Source: Thermostichus sp. DRC_bins_24 (GTDB lineage Bacteria > Cyanobacteriota > Cyanobacteriia > Thermostichales > Thermostichaceae). From it: a DNA stretch of 64,000 nt. The stretch is from NCBI GenBank assembly GCA_039794845.1, contig JAUQVK010000103.1, forward strand, positions 1-64,000, given 5' to 3'. This document shows positions 10,322-20,760 of this stretch, in pieces. The position numbers and the translations under genes are program-made. Each line of letters starts with the position of its first letter. The stretch's first letter is position 1. The notes beneath the pieces were generated by a model. That model made no database searches. It saw only the letters and a list, made by a program, of their open reading frames with translations, and was not told where the DNA came from.

Positions 10322-11384
10322 ATGTCCATCTCGATGTCGTCTGTACAGCGCACCTGGCTCATTCAAGGGCTGGCATTGCTGGCGGCGCTGTTGTTTGTGG
10401 CGGGGGTGATCCTGTTGGTGGGGGCCTCCCCCCTACAGGTGGCTGTCAGTATGTGGCGGGGGGCGTTTGGCACAGAGGCTCAGACCGGGTCAGACCGGGC
10501 GGGTTCTGGCTACCTTGGCTCCCCTCACCCTCTGCTGTTGTGGCTTGGTGTTGACCTTCATCGCGGGCCTCTACAACTTGGGTATCGAAGGCCAAATAAC
10601 CGTCGGGGCAATCGCGGCCACCTTTTGGTTGCGGCTTGAGGATGGACTGTTGCCGCCGCCGCTGGCCATCACCTTGGCGCTCCTGGCAGGGATCCTGGGT
10701 GGGGTGGGCTGGGGGTTTTTGGCGGGTATTCTGAATGTATTTGGGCGGGTCAACGAGATCTTCGCCGGGTTGGGGCTGAACTTTGTCGCTCAAGGTTGGG
10801 TCTTGTACCTGATTTTTGGCCCTTGGAAACGACCCGGTGTGGCTTCCATGAGCGGGACGGAATTGTTGGATCGCAGTTTGTGGCTGCCCACTTGGGGGCG
10901 TTCGGAGGCCAGTCCGGTGGCCTTGTTGCTGGCGCTGCTGGCTTTGGCCCTGACGGTGATGGTGGTGCGCAACACCCGCTTTGGTTTGCAACTACGGGCG
11001 GTGGGGAAAAATCCTTTGGCGGCCTTTCGGCTAGGGATCCCTTCCACCCAGCGGTTGTTGATGGCTTTCAGCTGCTGTGGCGGGTTGGCAGGGTTGGCGG
11101 GGGCCTTGCAGGTTTTGGCTTTGTTCCATCGCTTGATCCCGAATATCTCCAGCAATTTGGGCTTTTTGGCTTTGTTGGTGGTGATGTTGGCGGGCTTTAA
11201 TCCGCTGCTGATTTTGCCGATTGCTTTTTTCTTCAGCAGCCTCAATATCGGCAGTTTGCAGTTGCCCCTTTCGCTACAGTTGGAATCTTCTTTGGCAGGC
11301 GTGATTCAGGGATCCCTGGTGTTGTTTTTCCTCTTGGCACAGGGAATCAGCCGCCACTATTCGTTTCTGGATAGAAAGAACTAA
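10322..11384 (+). pseudogene. Nucleoside/BMP-type ABC transporter permease, frameshifted by a 10-bp tandem duplication
   Basis: ORFs 10322-10639 and 10467-11384 join into one permease (GLYNLGIEGQ, FGLQLRAVGKN) if one TCAGACCGGG unit (10480-10499) is removed. May be intact in vivo. Confidence 0.8.
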
Positions 11385-11457
11385 CTCGCGGCCATCCCCA
11401 TCTCCCGAGGCAGGATAGCGGGTAGATGAGCAGGCTCGACGCCTACAAAGCTACCGA

Positions 11458-11888
11458 TTATCCCCTGGTGTGAGAGCGGATGTATTGCTCAAGGACGGAG
11501 AGCAGAGCACCACCAGCAGAGGGAATACATAACCGGTCGCCCCATAGCCCCTTACTCCAGTTCTTGAAATGGGGTCTTAGTTCCGATTCAAACTCTTTGC
11601 GTAGGATGCGACTCGTCGCTGACTTGTGACTTGATAGACCCGAGCAGGGGAGAGACGTTGTTGCCAGCGTGCAAGTCTATCCGCAGGTGAACGTGGTCAT
11701 CCTCGCCCTTGCATTCCACAGTAGACACTGATTTTTGACCAGCACTCTACCCGCTATCTCTTGTATCCGCTTAACCATTGCGCGAGTCAGCACCTTGCGT
11801 CGATAGGCCGTCACAAAATAGTCACGAAATAAACGTGCAACTGAATTGAAAAAACGCAGTGCGCTCCTTTCCTGCACCGGGTCACCAT
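11458..11888 (-). pseudogene. tnpA: IS200/IS605 Y1 transposase, frameshifted
   Basis: MVTRCRKGAHCVFSIQLHVYFVT / AYRRKVLT..., EDDHVHL (HUH motif), SAGGALLSVLEQYIR (catalytic Tyr); several frame breaks. Confidence 0.85.
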
Positions 11889-11914
11889 GCTGTTCAACTA
11901 AGCCATAGATCCCG

Positions 11915-12088
11915 ATGGTAACTCACCGCGTCACGTTGAAGCTCTATCCGACCAAACAGCAAAAAGCGAAGCTGTTTGAGTGGCGGCGGTTGCACCAGTA
12001 GTTGTACAACACCTGTCTGGAGCATCGCATCACCGGTTACCGGAAGGTGGGTAAATCAATCGGCTACTCTGACAGCAAAATCTGTTGC
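11915..12088 (+). pseudogene. tnpB: TnpB N-terminal fragment with in-frame stop
   Basis: MVTHRVTLKLYPTKQQKAKLFEWRRLHQ*LYNTCLEHR, stop at 11999; divergent from tnpA. Confidence 0.8.
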
Positions 12089-12470
12089 GTAACGTCTTCC
12101 CGCCGCTGACGGCTTACGCAGCACAGCGCGGGCTTTCCAAAAGCCCTTCAGTAGCCCTCCGGCTATCTCCTTCAACCCACAAGATAACCAGGAGCCTCCA
12201 GGCCGTATTACCGACAGCCCGATTATTTTATAGGGTTGGCCCCGTTAAAAGCCCCATCCCCCTGCCAACCCCAATGCCCACACCCAAACCGCTTACCCCT
12301 CCGATAGAACTTATCGACATCCGGGTGAATACGCAGACATCGGTGGCACGTTTGACCGGTGTAGGCCGGATTGACCGCAACAACCTTCACACCCGCCCTC
12401 AAAGCCTTGTACTCAATGAACCCCCTCAACCGGTGGAACGCCCAACTGTTCAGCATTCCCTGTTGGTAAT
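12089..12470 (-). pseudogene. tnpB: TnpB C-terminal fragment with right-end / omega-RNA-like region
   Basis: NSWAFHRLRGFIEYKA...VNPAYTGQTCHRC...FGCGHWG..DGAFNGA (degenerate Zn finger and RuvC-III), followed by GAAAGCCCGCGCTG...CAGCGGCGGGAAGACGTTAC. Confidence 0.8.
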
Positions 12471-12596
12471 TGCCGATGGCCAACCCAAACCGCTCACGCC
12501 CATCAACGGTGGTGAGTGAAACTGTGCTCGCCCGGCTCCGGCGAGCCGTCCGGTCTTTTTCCCGAAACGAGAAAATGGGAGCGTCGTAGGTAACAA

Positions 12597-12641
12597 ATGC
12601 GTCAGTATGTTGGTGCCGCTAGGCATTGCGTCAGGTAGTTT
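12597..12641 (-). repeat. ~45-bp dispersed repeat (family 2)
   Basis: Reverse complement AAACTACCTGACGCAATGCCTAGCGGCACCAACATACTGACGCAT aligns with 58428-58479. Confidence 0.55.
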
Positions 12642-12800
12642 ACAAGGAATCTTCCCCTTAGATGGTCATTTCCATTGGTTTTGGGGCAGATCCCCCCCAG
12701 GTGTCGCCTGCAAAGGGGATCCCGGACGACCGAGCCCCGACGCCAACTCACAAATTGCAGCTCTTTCGCTAGCTGGCATAGTACAGCCATGCCTCAGCTT

Positions 12801-14060
12801 CTACGGTTGTAGGTAACCAGCGGAAGGGCCGTAGCGCAACCACAGCCAGGTGAAACCCAAAGTGAGCACCGTCAGAGGCAATCCGAAGCGCAGATGCTCC
12901 CCAAACGTGAGGGTATAGCCCTTTTTCGCTGCTGCCTCGACCGTAATCAAATTCGCCACCGCCCCAAACAGGGTCAAATTGCCCGCCAAGGTAGATCCGG
13001 CCGCCAGCAATAACCAGGCCGTGGCCTCCTCCCGTGGGATTAACGACTGCAACAACAACACCGCCGGCACATTGGAGATCACGTTCGACAACACCGCTAC
13101 ACTGCCCAACAAACTCAAGGGGGATCCCACCAGACTCTCCGCCAAAGGTCCTAAGCTCGCTCCCCATTCGCTCCCCGCCACCAGCTCCCGCGTTGCCCGT
13201 GTCAGGATAAACAGCCCCGAAAACATCACCAACAGGTTCCAATCGACCTGCCCCAAGAACCGTTCCGGCTTCAACCTGCGGGTGATCAGCAACAGGGCCG
13301 CCGCCACCAAGGCAGATTCTGCCAGCGGCCGCCCGGCCACAAAGGCCACAAACAGCCCCGCCGTAATCACCACACTCTTGCGCAACAGGGGTGGATAGAG
13401 GCGCAGCGGCATCCAGGGTACCTCTGCAAAGGGTTTCAACGAGCGCACCTGGGGGTAGTAGAGCCACAGCAACCCCACTTCCAACACCAGCCCCACCACC
13501 GCAACCGGTGTCATGGCCCTGGCAAACTCCAGATAGCCAATGCCTGAGAACGAACCGATCAAAATGTTTTGTGGGTTTCCACTCAGGGTGGCGACGGAGC
13601 CCAAGTTGGTGGCTGCGGCCAACGCCAGGAGGTAGGGGATCGGATTCAGCTCCAGCACCGTCGTCACCTGCAAGGTTAGGGGAGTAAACACCAGCGCTAG
13701 GGTGTCGTTGAGCAAAAAGGCCGAGAGCAACCCACTGCCGAACACCAACATCAACAACAGACCAAAGGGGCTACGGCTGGCGCGAATCAGGCCCAGCAGT
13801 ACCACCTGAAAGGCCCCTCCGTAAAACAAGCTGGCATTCACCACCATCATGCTCAGCAAAAACACAATCGTGGTCGGATCGATCGCCCCCCAGGCCTGGG
13901 GCAGTGGCAAGGCTCCCAGCCCAATCAGCAGAGCGGCTCCCACCAGAGCAATGGTGGCCCGGTTCATGCGCAATCTGGGCAGGGATCCCAGGCCCAACCC
14001 GACATAGCTCAGGCCCAGTACCAGCCAAGCCAACCCTTGCACTCCCAGCCTCCCATGCAC
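12801..14060 (-). CDS. ArsB/NhaD (IT superfamily, YbiR-like) anion transporter
   Basis: LSAFLLND, TNLGSVATLSGNPQN, SNVISNVPA and AGNLTLFGAVAN motifs; about 11 TM helices. Start may be GTG at 14042. Confidence 0.88.
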   Translation of the reverse strand: MHGRLGVQGLAWLVLGLSYVGLGLGSLPRLRMNRATIALVGAALLIGLGALPLPQAWGAIDPTTIVFLLSMMVVNASLFYGGAFQVVLLGLIRASRSPFGLLLMLVFGSGLLSAFLLNDTLALVFTPLTLQVTTVLELNPIPYLLALAAATNLGSVATLSGNPQNILIGSFSGIGYLEFARAMTPVAVVGLVLEVGLLWLYYPQVRSLKPFAEVPWMPLRLYPPLLRKSVVITAGLFVAFVAGRPLAESALVAAALLLITRRLKPERFLGQVDWNLLVMFSGLFILTRATRELVAGSEWGASLGPLAESLVGSPLSLLGSVAVLSNVISNVPAVLLLQSLIPREEATAWLLLAAGSTLAGNLTLFGAVANLITVEAAAKKGYTLTFGEHLRFGLPLTVLTLGFTWLWLRYGPSAGYLQP

Positions 14061-14254
14061 TGATTTCAGGATCCCTGATTTGTGAGTTAACTGGGTAACG
14101 ACAGCTCCACTCTTCTAGGAAATAGGAAAGTGTGGGGACGAGCTGGCTTGCGGGTCATTCGGCAGAGCAAAAGGCACAGCCCAGAGGAGAGTCCATTTCG
14201 ACCGGAGGGGTTGGCTGCTAATCTAGTCGGTTAATCCTACTGGCGAATCTTTAC

Positions 14255-14929
14255 ATGTTTCGGATCCCGGCTCTGCCTTACGAGTACGAAGTTCCCAGCC
14301 TGTCTCAGTTGGCCTTGGTGATCGTTGATATGCAGCGAGATTTTCTGGAGCCGGGCGGTTTTGGAGCAATGCTGGGCAATGATGTAACGCAACTGGGATC
14401 CATCGTGCCCACCCTGAAGGAGCTGCTGGACTTTTTCCGACAACACGGGCTAACCGTCATTCATACCCTAGAGTGTCACCGGCCGGATCTCTCCGATTGC
14501 CCCCCCAGTAAGCGTCGACGGGGGAAGGGATCCATGACGATTGGGGATGAGGGGCCAATGGGACGAATCTTGATTCGGGGAGAAGTGGGCAACGGCATTA
14601 TTCCTGAGCTGGCACCGATCGAGGGGGAGATCGTCATTCACAAACCCGGCAAAGGGGCTTTCTACGCCACCGAACTGCAGGAGATTCTCCAGAAACGGGG
14701 GATCACCCACCTGCTGTTCACCGGAGTAACGACAGAAGTCTGTGTGCAAACCACAATGCGGGAGGCCAACGACCGCGGCTACGAGTGCCTGGTGGTGGAA
14801 GACTGCACCGCCAGCTACTTCCCGGAGTTTAAGCAATCCACTCTGGACATGATCCGGGCACAAGGGGGCATTGTTGGCTGGACGGCTCCTGCTCAGGCAG
14901 TCCAGAAGGCTCTATCAGGTTTACAGTGA
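14255..14929 (+). CDS. trtA: Isochorismatase-family cysteine hydrolase, triuret hydrolase (TrtA)-like
   Basis: DMQRDF, GGFG-xx-[23 protein letters not shown] and QGGIVG match TrtA rather than biuret hydrolase BiuH (GGY/MGYD/TDVC/GGVFG), recalled from the family. Confidence 0.72.
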   Translation: MFRIPALPYEYEVPSLSQLALVIVDMQRDFLEPGGFGAMLGNDVTQLGSIVPTLKELLDFFRQHGLTVIHTLECHRPDLSDCPPSKRRRGKGSMTIGDEGPMGRILIRGEVGNGIIPELAPIEGEIVIHKPGKGAFYATELQEILQKRGITHLLFTGVTTEVCVQTTMREANDRGYECLVVEDCTASYFPEFKQSTLDMIRAQGGIVGWTAPAQAVQKALSGLQ

Positions 14930-14956
14930 GGATTAAATTCACATGAGGCTCGGCTG

Positions 14957-17164
14957 ATGACACTGGCTCAGGATGTAACCGCCCAAATCCCCGTCTTTTG
15001 TGATGGGATCCAGTATTTCGGGGATCCCTGGCCGGAATTTGAAAGCTTAGGCCGGATCCCAGCGGTGGATGCTACCACAGGCCGCTTGACGGATCCCGGC
15101 AGTCGGATGGCCGCTTACCAAACCTTGCTGTATGCCGATGCCCTGCGCTATCTGGTTTTGCAAATGACCGCCAGCAAAGCCTCGGGCCATCCGGGGGGAT
15201 TTGCCAGCCAAGCAGAGGCTTATGCCGCTCTGGTCTATCTGGGCCACAAAAATATTCCCACAGAGGTGGGCCACCACGCGCCGGGCTTTTATGCCGCCAT
15301 GTTTTTGGATGGATCCCTGGCGGGGATGGGGATCCACACCGTCTCGGAGTTGCGGGCCCGCTTTCGGGAACGGGAGGGATTGTTGGGGCACCTATCCGGC
15401 TACATTCCCGGGTTGCTGGCTCCGGCAGGGCCCTTGGGGCAGGGGCAACATTTTGCCATGGCGGGGGCCTTGCTGTACCCGGATCGCCTCTTCCCGGTAA
15501 CCATTGGCGATGGTGGCTTGGGGGAACCCTACGTCATGAGTTCCATGATCCACTTCCACACTGCCTTTCCCCAGCGAACCAACTTTCTGCCGGTGCTGGT
15601 GTGGAATGGCTACAGCCAAGAGCACCACAGCATGGTTTCCACCGCCAGCAATGCCCAAATGGCCGACTATTGGCGGGGCAACGGCTTTGAGAACGTAGTG
15701 CTGGTGGATGCCAAAGACTTTGATGATGCCAACCAGCCCGGGCCCTATGTGGACAGCACCCAGTTTTCTCTAGAAGGGCGGATCCGCTTTGCGCAGCAGG
15801 TGCTTACTGAAGTCGAGCGGGCCGCCCAATCGGCGATGGCGGGCCATCTGACGGTGTTTATTATCAAGCAACTGAAGGGATCCGGTGTGCACGCCAAGGG
15901 ATCCAAATCCCACAACCTCTACGGCCACCACACCCTGGAAAACCCCGATATCGTCACTGCTCTGCGGGCGCGCGCCCTGGATCCGGCTGCCTGGGCCTTG
16001 GTGCGACAAAACTGTGAACGGGCGGCAGGGGGCCCGGCAGCCAAAGTGGCGGTAACCGAATCCATCCGTCCTTTGCCAGAGCTGGGATCCCTGAGTTTGA
16101 CCGAGTTTCCCCTCGGCGATAAGCAGGTTTCCACCACCGCCATGGGATCCCTGGTGGTGCAGGTGGGGCAACAGGATCCTGCCTTTTTGGTGGCCAATGC
16201 CGATGGCAACGAGGCTTCCGGCATCGCCAACATCAACCAGGGCCTGAAGGTGATTCACCCCACGGTGGATCCCCTCTACAACCAGCAGCCGCAAGGACAG
16301 GTCTATGAACCCCTAAGTGAAGATGCCTGTGCAGGGCTGACGGCAGGTTTGGCCCTGTTTGGCGGACGGGCCTTGTGGTGTTCCTATGAATCTTTTGCCA
16401 TCAATGGTCTGCCCATCTGGCAGACGGTAACCCAGGCGATGGCGGAATTGCGCCGACCCACCCCCTCCTTGATTGCCCTCTTCACCGCCGGGGCCTTGGA
16501 GCAGGGGCGCAACGGTTGGACCCACCAACGGCCAGAAATTGAGGCCTACTTGGCGGCCATGATGCGCAACGGCAATGTCTTCCCCCTCTTTCCACCGGAT
16601 GCCAACTGCACCCAAGCCGCCTACGAGTGGGCCCTAACCACCCACAACAAAGGGATCCCGATTATTGCCAGCAAAACCCCCCTGCCCATCCGCACCACCT
16701 TGGAGCAGGCCCGCCAAGCGGTAGAACAGGGCTGCACCCTTTTGCAGGAGATCCCCGGATCCCAAACGGTAGTCTTTGCCGTGGTGGGGGATATGATCCT
16801 CCTGCCGGTGTTTGCCGCTGCTGAACAGCTCAAAGCCCAAGGGATCGGATGCAAAATTGTCTCGGTGGTTAATCCCCGTCGTCTGTATCGCCCCAGCGAT
16901 GTAGCTTGGTCTACCTGTGCCCAGCCGGATGGAGGCTTTATGGCGGAGGAGGATTTTGCCACGTGGTTTGCTGGAGATGCCCTGATCGGGGTGACAGGCG
17001 GGGCCAGCCTGATGTTGGAGCCGCTGATGTTGCGCCACTCTGGCCCACGGGATTTCTTAGCGTGGAAACGCGGCGAAACCACGGCCACCCCTACAGAATT
17101 GATGGACTTTAATAGCTTGACGGCGGAGGAAATGGTGGAGCGGGCCCTGCGGTTGTTGGGGTAG
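14957..17164 (+). CDS. ThDP-dependent phosphoketolase/transketolase-like enzyme
   Basis: SGHPGG, EVGHH, GPLGQG, GDGG-x(n)-N ThDP motif, LSEDAC, SYESF and NGWTHQRP. Confidence 0.85.
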   Translation: MTLAQDVTAQIPVFCDGIQYFGDPWPEFESLGRIPAVDATTGRLTDPGSRMAAYQTLLYADALRYLVLQMTASKASGHPGGFASQAEAYAALVYLGHKNIPTEVGHHAPGFYAAMFLDGSLAGMGIHTVSELRARFREREGLLGHLSGYIPGLLAPAGPLGQGQHFAMAGALLYPDRLFPVTIGDGGLGEPYVMSSMIHFHTAFPQRTNFLPVLVWNGYSQEHHSMVSTASNAQMADYWRGNGFENVVLVDAKDFDDANQPGPYVDSTQFSLEGRIRFAQQVLTEVERAAQSAMAGHLTVFIIKQLKGSGVHAKGSKSHNLYGHHTLENPDIVTALRARALDPAAWALVRQNCERAAGGPAAKVAVTESIRPLPELGSLSLTEFPLGDKQVSTTAMGSLVVQVGQQDPAFLVANADGNEASGIANINQGLKVIHPTVDPLYNQQPQGQVYEPLSEDACAGLTAGLALFGGRALWCSYESFAINGLPIWQTVTQAMAELRRPTPSLIALFTAGALEQGRNGWTHQRPEIEAYLAAMMRNGNVFPLFPPDANCTQAAYEWALTTHNKGIPIIASKTPLPIRTTLEQARQAVEQGCTLLQEIPGSQTVVFAVVGDMILLPVFAAAEQLKAQGIGCKIVSVVNPRRLYRPSDVAWSTCAQPDGGFMAEEDFATWFAGDALIGVTGGASLMLEPLMLRHSGPRDFLAWKRGETTATPTELMDFNSLTAEEMVERALRLLG

Positions 17165-17369
17165 CATTTGATACCTACAGCTGGCCCGCCAACGGAGCTG
17201 GCTCTCTATCCAGGGATCCAATGCGCAAATAAGGTGAGAAAACTGTAACCTAGAATTCCAAAGCGGCGAAGGTAGTGTACTAAGGTCAATCGTGGTCAGG
17301 GGTGGTCAATCGAACTCCCCATCCTTTGACCTACACCATCGGTGGACAACGCGAGCGGAGAAGACCGTG

Positions 17370-18149
17370 ATGAGCACTCCAGATCGTCCCTTGAAAACCC
17401 TTGGGATCCCTCCCAATGCTTGGGCTGTCAATGCGGAAATGGCCGATATCACCCGTCCGCCCTTGGAGCCCCGGCCTATCCTGTTGCCCACCTCCACCAA
17501 AACGCTGCGGTTGGATCTGGCCAAGGCGGCGATGATCGTCATCGATATGCAGAACGATTTTTGCCATCCCGATGGCTGGTTGGCCGGTATCGGTGTGGAT
17601 GTCACCCCAGCCCGGGCTCCGATTGGCCCACTGAAAACCCTGCTCCCCGAGTTACGGCAAGCCCGAGTGCCAATCCTCTGGGTCAATTGGGGCAACCGAC
17701 CCGACCTGCTGAACATCAGCGCTGGGCTGCGGCATGTGTACAACCCCACCGGCGAAGGCATTGGGTTGGCAGATCCCTTGCCCAAAAATGGTGCTCCGGT
17801 TCTCACGAAAGGCAGTTGGGCTGCGGCTGTGGTGGATGAGTTGGAGATTAAACCCGAAGATATCTGTGTCGATAAGTTTCGCATGAGCGGCTTTTGGGAT
17901 ACCCCCCTCGACAGCATCCTGAAAAATTTGGGGCGTACCACCCTGTTTTTTGGGGGTGTGAATATCGACCAATGCGTCATGACTACGCTGCAAGATGCCA
18001 ACTTCCTCGGCTACGACTGCATTCTGCTGGAAGACTGTGCCGCCACCACTTCGCCGGAATACTGTCTACAGGCCACCCTGTACAACGTCAAGCAATGCTT
18101 CGGGTTTGTCGCCTCTTCACCCGATTTGCTTGCGGCTCTCCCCCGTTGA
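17370..18149 (+). CDS. Second isochorismatase-family cysteine hydrolase (RutB-like)
   Basis: IDMQNDF, NWGNRPD, KFRMSGFW and GVNIDQCV (D-K-C triad). Confidence 0.88.
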   Translation: MSTPDRPLKTLGIPPNAWAVNAEMADITRPPLEPRPILLPTSTKTLRLDLAKAAMIVIDMQNDFCHPDGWLAGIGVDVTPARAPIGPLKTLLPELRQARVPILWVNWGNRPDLLNISAGLRHVYNPTGEGIGLADPLPKNGAPVLTKGSWAAAVVDELEIKPEDICVDKFRMSGFWDTPLDSILKNLGRTTLFFGGVNIDQCVMTTLQDANFLGYDCILLEDCAATTSPEYCLQATLYNVKQCFGFVASSPDLLAALPR

Positions 18150-18187
18150 AGCTTGCTAGCTTCTGCCCTTTCACCCGGAGGATCTCG

Positions 18188-18655
18188 ATGAAAACGCTCT
18201 CCCAACACTGTGTGATCCCGGTTATCAAAACCCCAGCCGACTATCAAGCCTTTCGCATCAGTCCCCACGACAGCAATCGGCTGGCCATCGTGTTTGATCC
18301 TTCCCATTCGCAAGTCTCCCTCACCTTCTGTGTGGAGATCTTTGATGAAGGTGGCAAAACTCCTCCCAATCGCCATCAGCTGGCCGTAGAGATGTTCTTC
18401 ATCCTCAAGGGCGAGGGCATTGCCATTTGCGATGGGAAAGCTGCCCCCATCAAAGCTGGAGATAGCATTTTGGTTCCCCCGACGGGGGTGCATGAGCTCC
18501 ACAACACCGGCCCCGGTCGTCTCTACGCCCTGTGCATCATGGTGCCCAACGAAGATTTTGCCGAGTTGATTCGGGCCGGTACCCCGGCGGCTCTGGACGA
18601 GGATGACCTGCAGGTGTTATCCGGGGGCTGGAGAACTGCACTGTCCATAGCTTAG
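18188..18655 (+). CDS. Cupin-domain protein
   Basis: TPPNRHQLAVEMFFILKGEG and GDSILVPPTGVHELHNTG cupin motifs; GGAGG RBS upstream. Confidence 0.88.
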   Translation: MKTLSQHCVIPVIKTPADYQAFRISPHDSNRLAIVFDPSHSQVSLTFCVEIFDEGGKTPPNRHQLAVEMFFILKGEGIAICDGKAAPIKAGDSILVPPTGVHELHNTGPGRLYALCIMVPNEDFAELIRAGTPAALDEDDLQVLSGGWRTALSIA

Positions 18656-18728
18656 TGTCTATGGCCTAGCAAGAGCGGGTTTGGCCATTGCAATCCCGAT
18701 CTCTCTCTCACTCAACAGACTCCTCCCC

Positions 18729-19556
18729 TCAACGATTCAGATACCGTTCTAGGCGTCCCTGAAAAAACGACAGAACCAACGTCAGCAGCCAGTACCACAG
18801 TGCAGCCACCACCAATGCCTCAAAAAAATGTTGCCTCGGCAAACCCGCTTGGCGAGCTCGCCCGATCAACTCCTGCAGAGCAATAGCGCTGGCCAAAGCA
18901 GTATCCTTCTGCATGGCGATGAATTGGTTGCCGATATCGGGTAGCACAATGCGAAAGGCCTGCGGCAGGATAATCTGCCATAGGGTTTGCCAAGGTTTCA
19001 GTCCCAGGGCATAGGCGGCTTCCGTTTGTCCGCGATGAACGGCTTGGATCCCGGCCCGGAAGATCTCGCTCATGTAAGCGCCGTAGTTGAGGGTGAGCGC
19101 CAGCACTGCGGAGGAAAAAGAATCCAGGACGAGGCCCAATTGCGGCAAGGCTTGGTAGATAAACAGAAATTGCAGAAAGAGGGGGGTTCCCCGCATTAGA
19201 GACACATACAAAGCCGAAAGGCTATTAAGGGGTGCAATCCGGGAAAGCCCCGCCAAGGCCGACAAAAAGGCCAGTGTAGTGGCACAGAAGATGGAAACCA
19301 GCGACAGCTGAAAGGTGATGCCCACCCCCTGCGAGATAAACCACCACCACTCCCGGACAAAGTTTCCGTTCAAGCGCAGGGTGCGAATCGGGATCCCTGC
19401 CAATTCAAATCGCACTCCACTGAAGGTAAAGGCCAGCAACAACAGCCATATTCCTAACCACAAAGCCCGCGCCACCGGGAAAGGAATCCCTTTTTGAACT
19501 GGGGGCGGTGGCTGAATGTCGACAGGGTTCCCCAGGGGGATGGAGTCCTTGCTCAC
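18729..19556 (-). CDS. Polar amino-acid ABC transporter permease
   Basis: MRGTPLFLQ, YGAYMSEIFRAGI, GQTEAAYALG (EAA loop) and KDTAL. Confidence 0.93.
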   Translation of the reverse strand: MSKDSIPLGNPVDIQPPPPVQKGIPFPVARALWLGIWLLLLAFTFSGVRFELAGIPIRTLRLNGNFVREWWWFISQGVGITFQLSLVSIFCATTLAFLSALAGLSRIAPLNSLSALYVSLMRGTPLFLQFLFIYQALPQLGLVLDSFSSAVLALTLNYGAYMSEIFRAGIQAVHRGQTEAAYALGLKPWQTLWQIILPQAFRIVLPDIGNQFIAMQKDTALASAIALQELIGRARQAGLPRQHFFEALVVAALWYWLLTLVLSFFQGRLERYLNR

Positions 19557-20416
19557 CGGACTTTCTGGGTTAGATCGATGCCGTAGTAGCGCTCCGAGAG
19601 AGCAGTGAGGGTGCCATCGGCGTGCATGGCCTCCAAAATAGTCGAGATTTCGGCCTGCAGACTCTCGGAGTTGGCCGGGCTGGAGCGATCCAACGCCACC
19701 GCCAAGGCTTCGTAATAAACGGGATCCCCTAGGGTTTTGAGCGGCAGGCCCTCTTGAATCGCATTTCCCGCGGTCGGCAGAGCTGTGAGAACCGCATCCA
19801 ACCGGACACCATCTCCGAGGGCCAGATCCTGCAGGGCCAAGCTGTCGGTGTCATAAATGCGGATATCCACCCTGGGGGCCGGAACTTCGATGGTTTCCCC
19901 CTCTAGGGTGAGGGTGCCCTCCAAATAGGCTTGATAGGTGGTAGCAGTGCCAACCCCGACCCGTTTGCCCTCCAAACTGGGAATGTCAGCGATGGTGGAG
20001 GTTTCATGCACCACAAAACTGGCGGGGGTGTAGTAGTAGGGAATGGTAAAGAGCAGAGCCTGTTGACGTTCGGCGGTCACGGTCATGGAGCCGACATTCA
20101 CATCCCAGCGGCCATTCCAGGATCCGGCGGTAATCACATCAAAATTGATATCCAAAAATTCCGCTTCTACCCCCAAGCGACTGGCAATCTCGCGGGCCAC
20201 ATCCACATCAAAGCCCTCCCAGGTGCCGTCGGGGTTAAGGTAGCTTTGGGGACGATAGTTGGCGTCGGTGGAAACCCGCAGCACCCCTCGTTCTTTCACT
20301 TGGGCCAACAGATCGCTGCTTTGGGCCATCAAGGATCCCGGCAGCACTCCCAGGGTGAGGCATCCGGCTAGGGTAAGAAAAAAGGCTTGGAAGGATCTGC
20401 GTCGAGAAAAAGACAT
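19553..20416 (-). CDS. Polar amino-acid ABC transporter substrate-binding protein
   Basis: N-terminal RRR plus hydrophobic signal; GFDVDVA, SMTVTAER and FTIPYY (SBP family 3). Confidence 0.92.
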   Translation of the reverse strand: MSFSRRRSFQAFFLTLAGCLTLGVLPGSLMAQSSDLLAQVKERGVLRVSTDANYRPQSYLNPDGTWEGFDVDVAREIASRLGVEAEFLDINFDVITAGSWNGRWDVNVGSMTVTAERQQALLFTIPYYYTPASFVVHETSTIADIPSLEGKRVGVGTATTYQAYLEGTLTLEGETIEVPAPRVDIRIYDTDSLALQDLALGDGVRLDAVLTALPTAGNAIQEGLPLKTLGDPVYYEALAVALDRSSPANSESLQAEISTILEAMHADGTLTALSERYYGIDLTQKVR

Positions 20417-20615
20417 CGGCAAAACCTCGGCTAATTTTGGTGAAGAGTAACCCTATTGGGATCGATCTAAGATACCAAAGGCTGCCACAGTCCCTGCCCT
20501 AAGACGGTATCACCCGACACGAACCCTTACAGCAGGGATCCCTGGCGGATCCCCTAGGAATGGTTTGCTCGCAGAATTTACTCATTTCATTGGTGATCCT
20601 GTAAGCAGGAACTCT

Positions 20616-20760
20616 TTACAGCTCTTGCGCGGGTCTTCCAGGACAAGGCTTGTGCTTCCTGTTCTCGCTCCGCAAGGTGCGGAGCACCAGCCCTCCAAAG
20701 TGTAGTTGTTACATGTGACTGGCGGACACGCCGGTGTGCCCTAGGCATAAAGGGCTGTAA
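20616..20760 (+). mobile_element. MITE-like element, copy B (145 bp)
   Basis: TTACAGCTCTT...AAGGGCTGTAA termini; interior homologous to copies A, C and D. Confidence 0.8.

Larger units (their letters stand above)
11387..12560. mobile_element. Decayed composite IS200/IS605 locus (tnpA, tnpB 5' fragment, inverted tnpB 3' fragment)
   Basis: See component pseudogenes; GC-rich hairpins near 11390-11440 and 12095-12140. Boundaries approximate. Confidence 0.8.

Noticed and set aside
12085..12519. 144-aa plus-strand ORF as a real gene
   Set aside because: Antisense reading of the tnpB 3' fragment.
11387..12560. Active TnpB/Cas12-like system
   Set aside because: All parts are truncated or frameshifted; the RuvC core is missing or degenerate.
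14060..20520. NtcA sites upstream of the nitrogen-related genes
   Set aside because: No exact GTA-N8-TAC found by eye in the intergenic regions; only partial matches such as GTAACGACAGCTCC near 14095.
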